A stretch of 62,246 nt of DNA, the filler included, from Dimargaris cristalligena (Eukaryota): the NCBI GenBank assembly GCA_003614675.1. It is 4 parts of 4 records of this genome, joined end to end, with 100 filler letters (N's around TTAATTAATTAA, not from the genome) between each part and the next. Parts side by side here need not be neighbours in the genome. Positions count along the whole stretch, not along the records: positions 15,619 to 31,127 come from ML002886.1; positions 31,228 to 46,689 come from ML002887.1; 2 more parts are not named here. One strand, given 5' to 3'. The notes under the pieces are model-generated. The model had not been told where the DNA came from and did not search any database. It saw only the letters and a program-made list of their open reading frames with translations. This document shows positions 27,654-37,313 of the stretch, piece by piece. Position 1 is the stretch's first letter, and every line of letters begins with the position of its first letter. The translations under genes were made by a program, and so were the position numbers.

Positions 27654-28380
27654 AAGAATATACACTGCCACTCCCCTCATCGCGTCGCGTCATACATGCC
27701 CTCCAGTCATCCGGTATAATTTCTTCATAACTGACCCGCCCCACTTGGTCGTGTATTTTTATATTGATTTTCCCGGTACTTTTTATTTGTTATTCCCTTC
27801 TTGTATTACTGCTCATTGGATACTACTTCTGTATACGGGGTTGGCCTTCACCCTACCACATGGTCATTTTGCATCGCTATTTTATTTATAACCACTTTTA
27901 ACTATTCCTAACCCATACTCGACACCTTTCTTCTGACATATTTTGCACACCTAGGCAAGCAATATTGGACAATATACGGGGTTAATCTTATTGTCAAGGA
28001 CTGTTATTTCTACACTGAGAAGCATTTTTCAGTATTACTTTTATGCTTATGCATCGGTTATTTTAAGCGATGAAATCTAACGAGATTTTGCCTGATTTTT
28101 AGACCAGCAAAATAATACTGTGTTAAGAATAAAGTAGATATTTTGAACATTGGGACATGCTCGATACTATTTTAGTCGAGGAGATAAATATGCTTATGGT
28201 TAGGTAAATTGGCGAGAAATACCATTCTTAGCCGCCGTGTATAGCCCATTGGGAGGGGGGGATGCCCGCACTAGTTACTGCCGGTGGGCCAAGCGTTTAT
28301 TTACTTGCCGTAAAGTACAAGCCCCCTGACATTTTACCCTGAGTGTGCCCCATGCTTCAGGCTATCCCTTTAGCCTTCGC

Positions 28381-29061
28381 CTAGCCAATTCTGAAGCATT
28401 CGTTCAGCTGGTAGGTGGCCGCAGTGTCATCCAGGCTGTTCCGGTCCAGCTGAATATAATAAAACCCACCGGGCTGTTCCCGATACTTCGGGGGTAGTTG
28501 ACCGGCCTCGTAAGCATTAACCGACGCCTCGTCCGAGCAAATAATCACGCGTCGGAATTGGGGTGTGGATTCGGGTAATGTTTCGGATTTTTTGAGTAAC
28601 ACCCCGTCCGCCGTTCCCTGGCGGTACAGTTCGAACGTCTTCTTTAATCGGCGCATCGCCCTAAACATTTGCTTTGGTTTGACTTCAAAAGGTGTGGGGG
28701 CAGAGGCAGTAGCAATAGCTATAGTACGCAGACGGAGGGAGGTGCGCGCGGCACTTTTTAAATACGAAGCACTAAGCCATTGGGATCGGAGGCGCGAACG
28801 ACGGCGTTGGGAGATAGGGAAAAGGGCCGTTAGTTGCTCACACAGGTCGCTGTTAGTCAAGGATGAGTAGTTGTCGTTGTTGTCATCGTCATCGTCATCG
28901 TCGTCGTAGCCGTAGCCGTAGTCACCAGTAGAGTAGCTGTAGCTGTAGGTGCTATGGTGGTCGTCCGGGTAGGTGGGTGAGATGTCTCCCTGCTTTGGTT
29001 TATCGGCTTGCCCTAAGGAATTCAGGAAATTAATAAGCGACTGGTTTTGGGTTTCTTTCAC
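28381..29061 (-). CDS. Hypothetical protein (226-codon ORF, no ATG start, next to a decayed repeat)
   Basis: Open frame with coding-like composition and an acidic D-run; no recognisable domain; the 5' end runs into the repeat. Confidence 0.35.
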   Translation of the reverse strand: MKETQNQSLINFLNSLGQADKPKQGDISPTYPDDHHSTYSYSYSTGDYGYGYDDDDDDDDNNDNYSSLTNSDLCEQLTALFPISQRRRSRLRSQWLSASYLKSAARTSLRLRTIAIATASAPTPFEVKPKQMFRAMRRLKKTFELYRQGTADGVLLKKSETLPESTPQFRRVIICSDEASVNAYEAGQLPPKYREQPGGFYYIQLDRNSLDDTAATYQLNECFRIG

Positions 29062-29099
29062 TTGTTGAATAATACCATGAGGTTGTACAGAAGGGGGTA

Positions 29100-31127
29100 T
29101 TAAAGAGACTGACTGGAGGTCATTAGTATCTAGAAGACTCTGATGGGAATAAAATAGTATTTATATTAATGCTTAAGTGTAAAAAGGAGAGTACAAGATT
29201 AGTGGCCAGGGGGTAAACTAGGAGACCCTCATATCAATGGGTGTTATTATGGGAAGGTAATATATAATAACAAGACCTAATATAAGTGAATTATTTAATA
29301 AGGCCTTATTCCTATTAAGTTAGACTAGCTGGTACTCTATATAATACCTGTACATTTAAAAATTGTAAATTGTAAAATATTGTATCAGACCTTTTAATCT
29401 GACTTAATCCAGACACAATACTATCCATCTCCATTAGGCCTTATAGTACTATATTAACCTTCCTATAGTCACCCCTGGTACCATAGGATCACCCTATATT
29501 ATATAACTATTCCCTTTCCAGACTCCTCATTTTGCACTAATCACTCTGGTGCTAATCTAAAGACTCTTCTAGCTACTATCAGAGTCTTCTAAGTCCTCAT
29601 GGCTGTCTGGTTGGCCAATTCATTGTACCCTAGTCTTAGTGGTATCCTTCTCTAGGGACCTCCCTCTGGAGTTGTCCCCATATATATATATATAACTGGG
29701 CCCCATTGGGACTGGTTCAATTCCTCAGCTTATTCTTACCCCCTTAGACTAATTAGTAAGTGTGCCCATTGCACATCCCTTGCCTATGCCTGCATCTTAT
29801 AGCCTTTATTAGTTGGTACTGTGCCCCCCACCTAACACTAAAACCTACTTAGCTGAGTCTAAGCCCTGTCTGCTGTTAGTGGCCTATCCTCAGGACTCTT
29901 GATGGACTAAGAGTGGTAAACCCCAGCAATAGTATATCTACTTAACCTTTTGTTGTGCTACCTCTCCAAGAACTACAAACTTCAATAGTACCTATTCCCA
30001 GGCCCAGGTTACCAGGACATCCTTAGGACTAGCCCTACAGGAATCCCTAACCCTTAAATACTAAATATCCACATGGCTTCCCCAGTAGCTAAGCCACCAA
30101 CTTTATTAGAATAAACACATTCAGAACTTAATCAAAACCAGAAACACCATTGATGTCCCCAATATTACCAGCCAGTAACATCAAGTAACCCAGGACCACC
30201 AGTGGTTATTCCAATAATAGTATCAAGACCAGCTACTGCTTTCCATTGCCCCTGAATACCCTAACCCCTTTAATTCATTCCTGATATATAAATAAGGGGT
30301 AATTACCCATCATTAATAAAGCAGACTTTAATACCCTGTTTCTTGCCTTTGAGATAACCAATTCTTTCACCAATTTTTACCAGGCATTTATTATTATTTA
30401 AACTTTTATTTTAATGATTCTCCCATTATTGCACAACATTTTTAGTTATGGCTACATATAGAGAGAATAATTGTAGTTTCTTATTTATACAGGGTTGCAA
30501 GGAGTAGCACCTATATGGCATTTTAAATCTCCACCCTGGGGGTGTCAAATAAAAGAAAGCATTGGCCACTGCTACTTAGTAACAGGGCCTTGCTGGCCAC
30601 ATGTAGAGTTTAGCCCTGTATCCCTTTAGATCTGCCAAGTAAAGTCTCTATCAGCTAATTTAGTACTGAGGTGGGTGACTACTTGGGAGTAGTTATTGCT
30701 ATAACTTTTTATAATTTCTTCACAGCATTTATTTAAGTAACCTTACTATATAGTTGAGTGACCTTTCAAATGGAATAGGGATAGAAAAGTAGGGAAGTCA
30801 TTCTTATATAGCTAGTGGAGTTAGACCTAGCCCAGGAAGTTTTAATTTATTTAATCTACTTAATGGTGTATACCCTATATTCAGTAGTTATGAACTTAAC
30901 ATGAAATATAGTTTAATAGTATTACCCTCAGACATTATTGAAAGCTGTTAACACTTAAGCCTATTTATTAACCTTATTTTCTTATAGTGACTTTGCAGGG
31001 CTGTTGTATCCATCTGTATCTGTAAAGAACTGAACTCAAATCCTTGAAAACTGAACTTTATTTGAAAAATAGATGATAAGAAGGGAAAGGTGATGATAGA
31101 CTTGCTGTTCCAAGAGGTGGCAGCAAG
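29100..31127. mobile_element. Decayed, CpG-poor repetitive DNA (transposon relic, family unassigned)
   Basis: No ORFs, AT/TpA-rich and almost no CG; 29464-29915 is homologous to 46908-47580, and 31021-31080 to 1-61. Confidence 0.7.
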
Positions 31128-31227
31128 NNNNNNNNNNNNNNNNNNNNNNNNNNNNNNNNNNNNNNNNNNNNTTAATTAATTAANNNNNNNNNNNNNNNNN
31201 NNNNNNNNNNNNNNNNNNNNNNNNNNN
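31128..31227. other. Artificial contig spacer
   Basis: 44 N + TTAATTAATTAA + 44 N. Confidence 0.98.
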
Positions 31228-31305
31228 AGATCCTGGCGGATTGCGTTTCGAGGTGACTCACAAGACCAGATGCGACGCGGCTAAATATATCTTATTGTTG
31301 TCAAT

Positions 31306-31357
31306 TAGAAAATACAAGTTGATGAAAATCCTAGAAAATACAAGTTGATGAAAATCC
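31306..31357. repeat. Perfect 26-bp tandem duplication upstream of the structural gene
   Basis: TAGAAAATACAAGTTGATGAAAATCC x2. Confidence 0.9.
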
Positions 31358-31395
31358 AAAATGTTAGAAAACACGTATAAACATGAAAGAACTTG

Positions 31396-33678
31396 ATGAT
31401 GCAAGAGACGAACATAATGGCGGAATATGTTGCACATACAGAAAAACAAGTTAGATCGAGACTTACAAACACAAGGGGTGGTGACGCCATGGCTTCATCT
31501 GCCGATATTCTCTTTGAAAACGAGTTCGTTGGAGACACATACAAAGAAGTTCCCGAAGATAAACAAAATGCATACAAGAAATTTTTCACAGCGAAGGAAG
31601 AAAAAATGAAAAAATCCGCTCAAATTTCTGCGGTGCAAGCATTGAATGTAAAACCAGCAGCGACAAACACAGCGCTGATGGACAGAAAAGATGTATATAG
31701 ATCTAAAGTTTCCGGGGTACCTCTCCAGTTCAACCAAGGTCCGTTGGATCCGGTTGTTGAAAAAGCAAATCTTGTAGAAAAAAAGAGGAAAATATTTTTC
31801 GACTCTGGTGATAGGGATACGGACGCTTATCCAGATGCCTCAGATTTTGTGATTTCATGCGGCCGTATTTTTCATAATGTCAAAAGCATCAGGCTTGTCA
31901 GTCTTGAATTTCCCAATGTTGTAAAAGCTATCGACACATTGAAAAATAATCAACTCTACTGGATAAACATTGAAGACGATTCACTCGATCCACCTTATCC
32001 GGTTTATACAGCAACAGTGTCCCCCGGCTCCTATTCTCTGACAACACTTCAAACAGAATTGACAACAGAAATGGCCATTCCGTTCAGAAACGATGGTCAA
32101 GTTTACTCCGACGGAACCTTTCCAATTCATCATCTATTTGTGGTAACTGTCAATCTTGAAACAGACTATGTTGGTTTTACAAGCCTTGTAGCTCAACCTT
32201 GTGGCCAAAATCCGATTACAACAACGGGTGGATCCACACTTATTTCTTTGACGCAAAATAACCATGGATACGTAAATGGGCAATTGATTTACATCCTCGG
32301 CGTTGTAGGTATCCTCGGTGGTTTGCAAGCATCTGACATCAATGGATCTTTTAGTATAACAGTTATTGACGAAAATCGCTTTACATTTAACGTCCTTGTT
32401 GTTGCTACCACAACGGTTACTGGAGGAGGTACACTCGTCAAAACAGGTCGTGAAGCGCCCTTTCAATTTTTGTTCGGCCAGAATCTTTATCCTTTAGCTG
32501 ATATCATAGGGTTCCCCGTTGAGAATTCGTTCGTTACGATTGGACAAACTGATCCGATAACAGCAAATACCAAAACAATCACAGAAATCATACCAGGCGA
32601 AAACGAAACAAGCATTATTTGTCCTGACCATCGCATATTACCTGGCGACAAAGTGAATTTAGTAAACGTGAATGTCACACCAAGCATATATCAAAACGAG
32701 AAATACAACAGAATATTTACGGTTTATTCAGTTCCAAGTCCAGATGTTTTCACCATAAGATACGGAACACAACACGTTTCCGACATTTCGACCGCCTTTG
32801 TCGGAACACAAACGTTTCAAATGTATTATCCTGGACATGGATTCAACCGAATTGTAGATATCACTCAAATAGGTCCAAATTTGGTCCAAATCACCACATT
32901 GTTCCCTCATGGCTTTACATCAACATCCACTGTGCTCCTAAAACAAACCAATTCCGTCCCAAATGTCGACGGGTTTTACAAGGTTATTTTGATGCCAAAC
33001 AGTCTGGACACTTTCGCTATTCAAAGCTCAAATTTGAGTCACCCTTTGTCTATTGTGACCCCAGGATTTTCTGGTATCTTGAGTTCGGATCAAATATTTT
33101 ACCTTACAAACGTAACTTCCCTTGGTGGTTTTACAACATCAGATCTAAACAATGTGCCGTTTACTGTTCGCGACATAATTGATGAAAATAATTTTACATT
33201 TTCGGGAATTTATGGATTATCTCAATTTGCAGAAACAGGAGGAGGTTCCGGCATTCGAATCAACTCCAAAATTCATGGTTGGAGGGGTACCCAAAGCAAC
33301 AATGATACTGGTTCTTTGTACAAACCAGTAAGAATGTCTGGAGATAATTACGCATTCATGTGTTGTCCTGGACTGAATTCTGATTCGATTAGCAATAGCG
33401 GACCGGTTGAGAATATTTTAGCAAAGATATTTGTCAGTGTGATTCCTGGATATGTTATATTTAATGATTTTGATGGTTCACCAATCGATTTCGCATTGCC
33501 GATTTCAACTCTAAAAGACTTTCATTTTCAGATAAAAGCAAAGGATAATAGCTCTGTTCTTTTCAACGGCTTGGACTATTCCTTTGGGATAGAATTGATT
33601 GAGTTGATTCAAAGTACACAAGACATGTCAATGAATCAAACATCCAGGATAATGCCACCTGGTTCATCCAAAAAATAA
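31396..33678 (+). CDS. NCLDV virion structural protein, penton/DUF5901-like fold with inserted beta-rich repeats
   Basis: N-part IFFDSGDRDTDAYPDASDF...FHNVKSIRLVSLEFPN and C-part FALPISTLKDFHFQI...FNGLDYSFGIEL match a motif pair common in giant-virus proteins; internal HG-x-x-x-G...NG...TF beta repeats. Confidence 0.65.
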   Translation: MMQETNIMAEYVAHTEKQVRSRLTNTRGGDAMASSADILFENEFVGDTYKEVPEDKQNAYKKFFTAKEEKMKKSAQISAVQALNVKPAATNTALMDRKDVYRSKVSGVPLQFNQGPLDPVVEKANLVEKKRKIFFDSGDRDTDAYPDASDFVISCGRIFHNVKSIRLVSLEFPNVVKAIDTLKNNQLYWINIEDDSLDPPYPVYTATVSPGSYSLTTLQTELTTEMAIPFRNDGQVYSDGTFPIHHLFVVTVNLETDYVGFTSLVAQPCGQNPITTTGGSTLISLTQNNHGYVNGQLIYILGVVGILGGLQASDINGSFSITVIDENRFTFNVLVVATTTVTGGGTLVKTGREAPFQFLFGQNLYPLADIIGFPVENSFVTIGQTDPITANTKTITEIIPGENETSIICPDHRILPGDKVNLVNVNVTPSIYQNEKYNRIFTVYSVPSPDVFTIRYGTQHVSDISTAFVGTQTFQMYYPGHGFNRIVDITQIGPNLVQITTLFPHGFTSTSTVLLKQTNSVPNVDGFYKVILMPNSLDTFAIQSSNLSHPLSIVTPGFSGILSSDQIFYLTNVTSLGGFTTSDLNNVPFTVRDIIDENNFTFSGIYGLSQFAETGGGSGIRINSKIHGWRGTQSNNDTGSLYKPVRMSGDNYAFMCCPGLNSDSISNSGPVENILAKIFVSVIPGYVIFNDFDGSPIDFALPISTLKDFHFQIKAKDNSSVLFNGLDYSFGIELIELIQSTQDMSMNQTSRIMPPGSSKK

Positions 33679-33744
33679 AGGTCAAAAGCATTGATACTTT
33701 TTTTACACCAATTTTGCAATGTAAAATCAAAATACCAGACAATT

Positions 33745-34110
33745 TTCAAAATTTATCGATAAATGTTGAAATCACAAATGCTTGCAAAAGTTAGAATCGT
33801 CGCAAGAAATCTTCAAACTTTATCGATAAATAAATTCCAAAAGTATATTTTCTTCACAAAATTTGAAAGTAATGTCAAACAATAGTGAACTTTTACCGAT
33901 AAATAAATTTCGCAACAAAACTTATTGACAAAACTTAATATTCCAATTTGTTGACAATTCATTTATCGATAAATAAAAACGATCTTTTTGCAAAAATTTT
34001 GAAACAAATCCAGACAATGACCAATCTTGAAGCGACCACAAACCCTATCGATAAATAAATGTTGGAATTGCATCTATTTGTCGCCATCAAACAAACCGTA
34101 TCGATAAATA
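33745..34110. repeat. Array of regularly spaced TTTATCGATAAA(TAAA) palindromes between convergent genes
   Basis: Cores at 33755, 33822, 33895 (ACCGAT variant), 33965, 34047 and 34100. Confidence 0.85.
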
Positions 34111-35015
34111 AAAATAACCATAACAGCAATCATCACAAGGCAAATGATACACAGACATGTACAATGGAAAAGCAGTTTAAGTTTATCATTTCGAACTGCA
34201 TTATAATGTTGAATCAGTAAATCAAACAATCTCATATTCGGTTTCTTTTTTCGCCATAATAAAAAGGCTGGGAAATATCCAAAGTTTGGTCCGTTGAAAT
34301 GTAGAATACAAGGAAATGTGCCTGTCCGTTTGTTTTTGAAAACATGTTTCGATGATTCATTTTGATCCAGATCACCGAGAACACCTGCCATGCACATAAA
34401 CACAGATGCTTCGGTGTCTAATTTTACAGTCTTCCATCCTTTGTGGTCAATTTCATTGCGATGTTCCAAATATATTGTTGTATGATAACGTTGATCATCT
34501 TCCGATATGTCAAACTTGTGCGTTTTCAATAGTTTGAGCAAAACCGATCCATAAAAGATGAACGTACCCGAATTCAAGAAAGGATACGTTCCAGAAATTT
34601 TTCCCTTAATTTTATACTCGTTCGCACGATTGGGGTCGGGGTGGCAAAAATTTTCTGCAGAGTAAAGAACATGGGTTTTCATTTCCAAAAAATTGTTGTA
34701 GATATCTTTCAAGGATTTTAACATGAGAACGTCAAATGCGTCCGTGAAAAGAACAACTGCTTTCGGATCATGTCGATTGACATATTCACAAAAGTTTAGA
34801 ACATGGTGCATTTTTACTCCAAAATTTTGCCCCCAACGCTGAAGTCGCCCGTCGTCTTGGCCGAGTATTATCAACTCGACTCCAAAATGTTTGACAGTTT
34901 CTTGCAAGCGCGGAAGGTTTTCGTGCGTTTTTGTCGCAACTGTTATGTAATAAACAGGTGTTGCATCATGCATGATTGAACGTTTCTGCATCCATTCCGT
35001 GTGAACTTTTTCCAT
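34074..35015 (-). CDS. PLOD/procollagen-type glycosyltransferase domain protein with C-terminal transmembrane helix, 313 aa
   Basis: ITVAT, VLFTDAFDVL (DxxD), LYSAENFCHP, PFLNSGTFI, DDQRYHT, LDTEASVF and ILHFNG follow the PLOD N-terminal GT motif order. Confidence 0.85.
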   Translation of the reverse strand: MEKVHTEWMQKRSIMHDATPVYYITVATKTHENLPRLQETVKHFGVELIILGQDDGRLQRWGQNFGVKMHHVLNFCEYVNRHDPKAVVLFTDAFDVLMLKSLKDIYNNFLEMKTHVLYSAENFCHPDPNRANEYKIKGKISGTYPFLNSGTFIFYGSVLLKLLKTHKFDISEDDQRYHTTIYLEHRNEIDHKGWKTVKLDTEASVFMCMAGVLGDLDQNESSKHVFKNKRTGTFPCILHFNGPNFGYFPAFLLWRKKKPNMRLFDLLIQHYNAVRNDKLKLLFHCTCLCIICLVMIAVMVIFIYRYGLFDGDK

Positions 35016-35148
35016 CGTCTTTGAATACTAATACTAACTGACAAATTCTTATTTGACAAGACATTGCTTTATGATCAGACGCGCGTTCAATGACTGAAAG
35101 TTTAAAATTTATATAAAGAAATACATCTGTTTTTGGAGTATAGACAAC

Positions 35149-36171
35149 ATGGTTGCAGGAAGACGCTCAAAAAAGTTAGTGGATTGCGATGATGTGTATG
35201 AATCACCTATCGGTATTTCTCAACATCAATTAGAAAATGAAACGCAACCACTCAAATCCAGCGCTGGCGTAAACAATTTCGTAGAATATGTCCCGGATGA
35301 AAATTACCTGTTAGAAGTCAGAACTACGTCTGGAAATATTTTCAAAAACCTTCTAGACACTCTGAAGGCAGTATTGAATGACGCCAACATTATATTCAGT
35401 CCTGCAGGATTGAAATTGGCAGCTGTCGACTCAAAAAATAACGCATTTGTTCATTTGGTGATGGAAGCAGAAAAATTTGCATTTTTTCACTGCAAATCCG
35501 CCCAGCTGGTTCTCGGCATCGATATTAATGTGCTTCAGAAAACGATCAAAACAAACAAGGCGAACGATCTTCTGTGCTTTGTAGTAAGAAAAGATGATCC
35601 CAGTCATTTAGAAATAACATTTCACAATATTCAAAAAGGGGAAAGAATTACAGACAAAATCGCACTGTTGACTCTGAAAGAATCAATTATAAAGGATGAG
35701 ATTCGTATGAATCTTGGGTTGAAAATATCCAGCCAAAGTTTTCAAAACATTTGTCGCGAAATGGTCTCCTTTGAAGCAACCAAGATTCAGATCGAAAGCA
35801 CAGCAAATGAGTTGGTGTTCACAAACAAACTTGATGGATCCAATGCCCCGAACGGATTTACCACTCGTCGAGTTGTCATATCTATCGATAACACCGGTGA
35901 CAACGATCAGTCGAATATTGAATATCAACCTGCAAAAGGAGTTTTTGATTTAAAATTTCTCAAATCATTTGCAAAAGCCGCAAATCTAAGTCCCGATGTC
36001 ATCGTATACTTGACCAACTATTCACCCATAATTTGCGAGTACTCTATTTCGGGTTTGGGAACCCTCCGATATCTTTTATCTCGGGAAGAAGGATATGATG
36101 ACTACGATGACGAATATGATGAAGACGACGGGGAATCATGCGATCAGCATGATGATTATGAAGACAAGTAA
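35149..36171 (+). CDS. PCNA: Proliferating cell nuclear antigen (viral-type sliding clamp), 340 aa
   Basis: LEVRTTSGNIFKNLLDTLKAVLNDANIIF...AVDSKNNAFVHLVM...FQNICREM...GVFDLKFLKSFAKAANLSPDV...PIICEYSISGLGTLRYLL; intronless; acidic tail. Confidence 0.92.
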   Translation: MVAGRRSKKLVDCDDVYESPIGISQHQLENETQPLKSSAGVNNFVEYVPDENYLLEVRTTSGNIFKNLLDTLKAVLNDANIIFSPAGLKLAAVDSKNNAFVHLVMEAEKFAFFHCKSAQLVLGIDINVLQKTIKTNKANDLLCFVVRKDDPSHLEITFHNIQKGERITDKIALLTLKESIIKDEIRMNLGLKISSQSFQNICREMVSFEATKIQIESTANELVFTNKLDGSNAPNGFTTRRVVISIDNTGDNDQSNIEYQPAKGVFDLKFLKSFAKAANLSPDVIVYLTNYSPIICEYSISGLGTLRYLLSREEGYDDYDDEYDEDDGESCDQHDDYEDK

Positions 36172-36320
36172 TTCTTTTTCCTTTCATGTGTCTTTCGTCT
36201 CAATATGATAATACTGTTTAATCGAAAATAGTAAATATTATAAAAAATCGCGTAAACATTTCAAAATAAACTTAAAAATACATGTTAATACAATCTAGGA
36301 TAAAGCAAAATCTGTGAATA

Positions 36321-36734
36321 ATGGACGTGTCTTGGAAAACAATAAAAAAAGGTTACAAACGCGTTTTGCAAACTGCTTTTGCAACGGAATCAAAACGCGA
36401 AGAAGCACACACTACATTATTATTATTTTTGTGTTCCGTAAGCGATCTATATCTCAGTGGGGATGTCCAAGTAAAAAGCGCTCTGGCACATTTGGGACTT
36501 GATGACTTTCCTTTATCAGATGCACCAGAAGATAATTCGTCAAATGACGAAAACGAAACATTACAGCATACTGGATTTAACATTCAAAGTATCCATTCGA
36601 ACATGCTTCCTGCGGAAATGTTGCGACTGTTTCCGTTTTCAGCGTATCTCAATGCAAACAACAACGCACGCAATAACGCAACGGACAGCACTAACGACAA
36701 TCCAAATCTTTCGAGAAATGACTCACAATCTTAA
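36321..36734 (+). CDS. Hypothetical viral protein, 137 aa
   Basis: ATG-started ORF filling the gap in a gene-dense contig; no recognisable motif. Confidence 0.6.
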   Translation: MDVSWKTIKKGYKRVLQTAFATESKREEAHTTLLLFLCSVSDLYLSGDVQVKSALAHLGLDDFPLSDAPEDNSSNDENETLQHTGFNIQSIHSNMLPAEMLRLFPFSAYLNANNNARNNATDSTNDNPNLSRNDSQS

Positions 36735-37073
36735 TAGATCGCTTACTTGCTGAAACGGTTTTTTATCTATCATCTCTATTAATTTTCTTTCCGTTGGTTC
36801 TTTCAATGTGCTTATTTGAAAAAAATCTATCACATTGACTATTGAAAGAACCTCATCACATGACATTTCGTTCAAACTGTCCAAATCATCAAACAATTTG
36901 AACAAATTATCCAAGACAACCTTTGAAATGTTAAAGTAAAATTTTTCCTTTGAACAGCCCAGATCATTGATCATGTCGCAAAATAAATTGACACCTTTTG
37001 AAAAAATTATTTCTTTTGAAAAGAAAAACTCAAAGTCGTCCAAACTGATAACGAAAATTCCAGTTTGTGTCAT
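36723..37073 (-). CDS. Skp1/BTB-like protein, 116 aa
   Basis: FVISLDDFEF...LFCDMINDLG...NISKVVLDNL...VLSIVNVIDFFQISTL...LIEMIDKKPFQQVSDLL parallels the Skp1 POZ and dimerisation motifs. Confidence 0.6.
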   Translation of the reverse strand: MTQTGIFVISLDDFEFFFSKEIIFSKGVNLFCDMINDLGCSKEKFYFNISKVVLDNLFKLFDDLDSLNEMSCDEVLSIVNVIDFFQISTLKEPTERKLIEMIDKKPFQQVSDLLRL

Positions 37074-37313
37074 TGTTTAACGTTTTTTCGCAACTTTCCA
37101 TAAATATGAATTCGTTATTGGTAGACGCTCGATTGATGGTTCAGTATATATTGAAATATCCTTTTTACGTTATTTTCTATATTTTCGTTTCGAAACTTCA
37201 AACAACTTTGATATTTCCAGAATATTTCGGATTGAACATTGTCCAGAAATGGATTTTCACACTATTTATGATTCTCGTCATTGCCTTTATCGATAAAACG
37301 TATCTAATCGTAT

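Noticed and set aside
33745-34110. CRISPR-like or MIMIVIRE-like immunity array
   Set aside because: The repeat is only about 12-16 bp, the spacers are long with residual mutual similarity, and no nuclease or helicase gene is adjacent. Kept only as a palindrome array.
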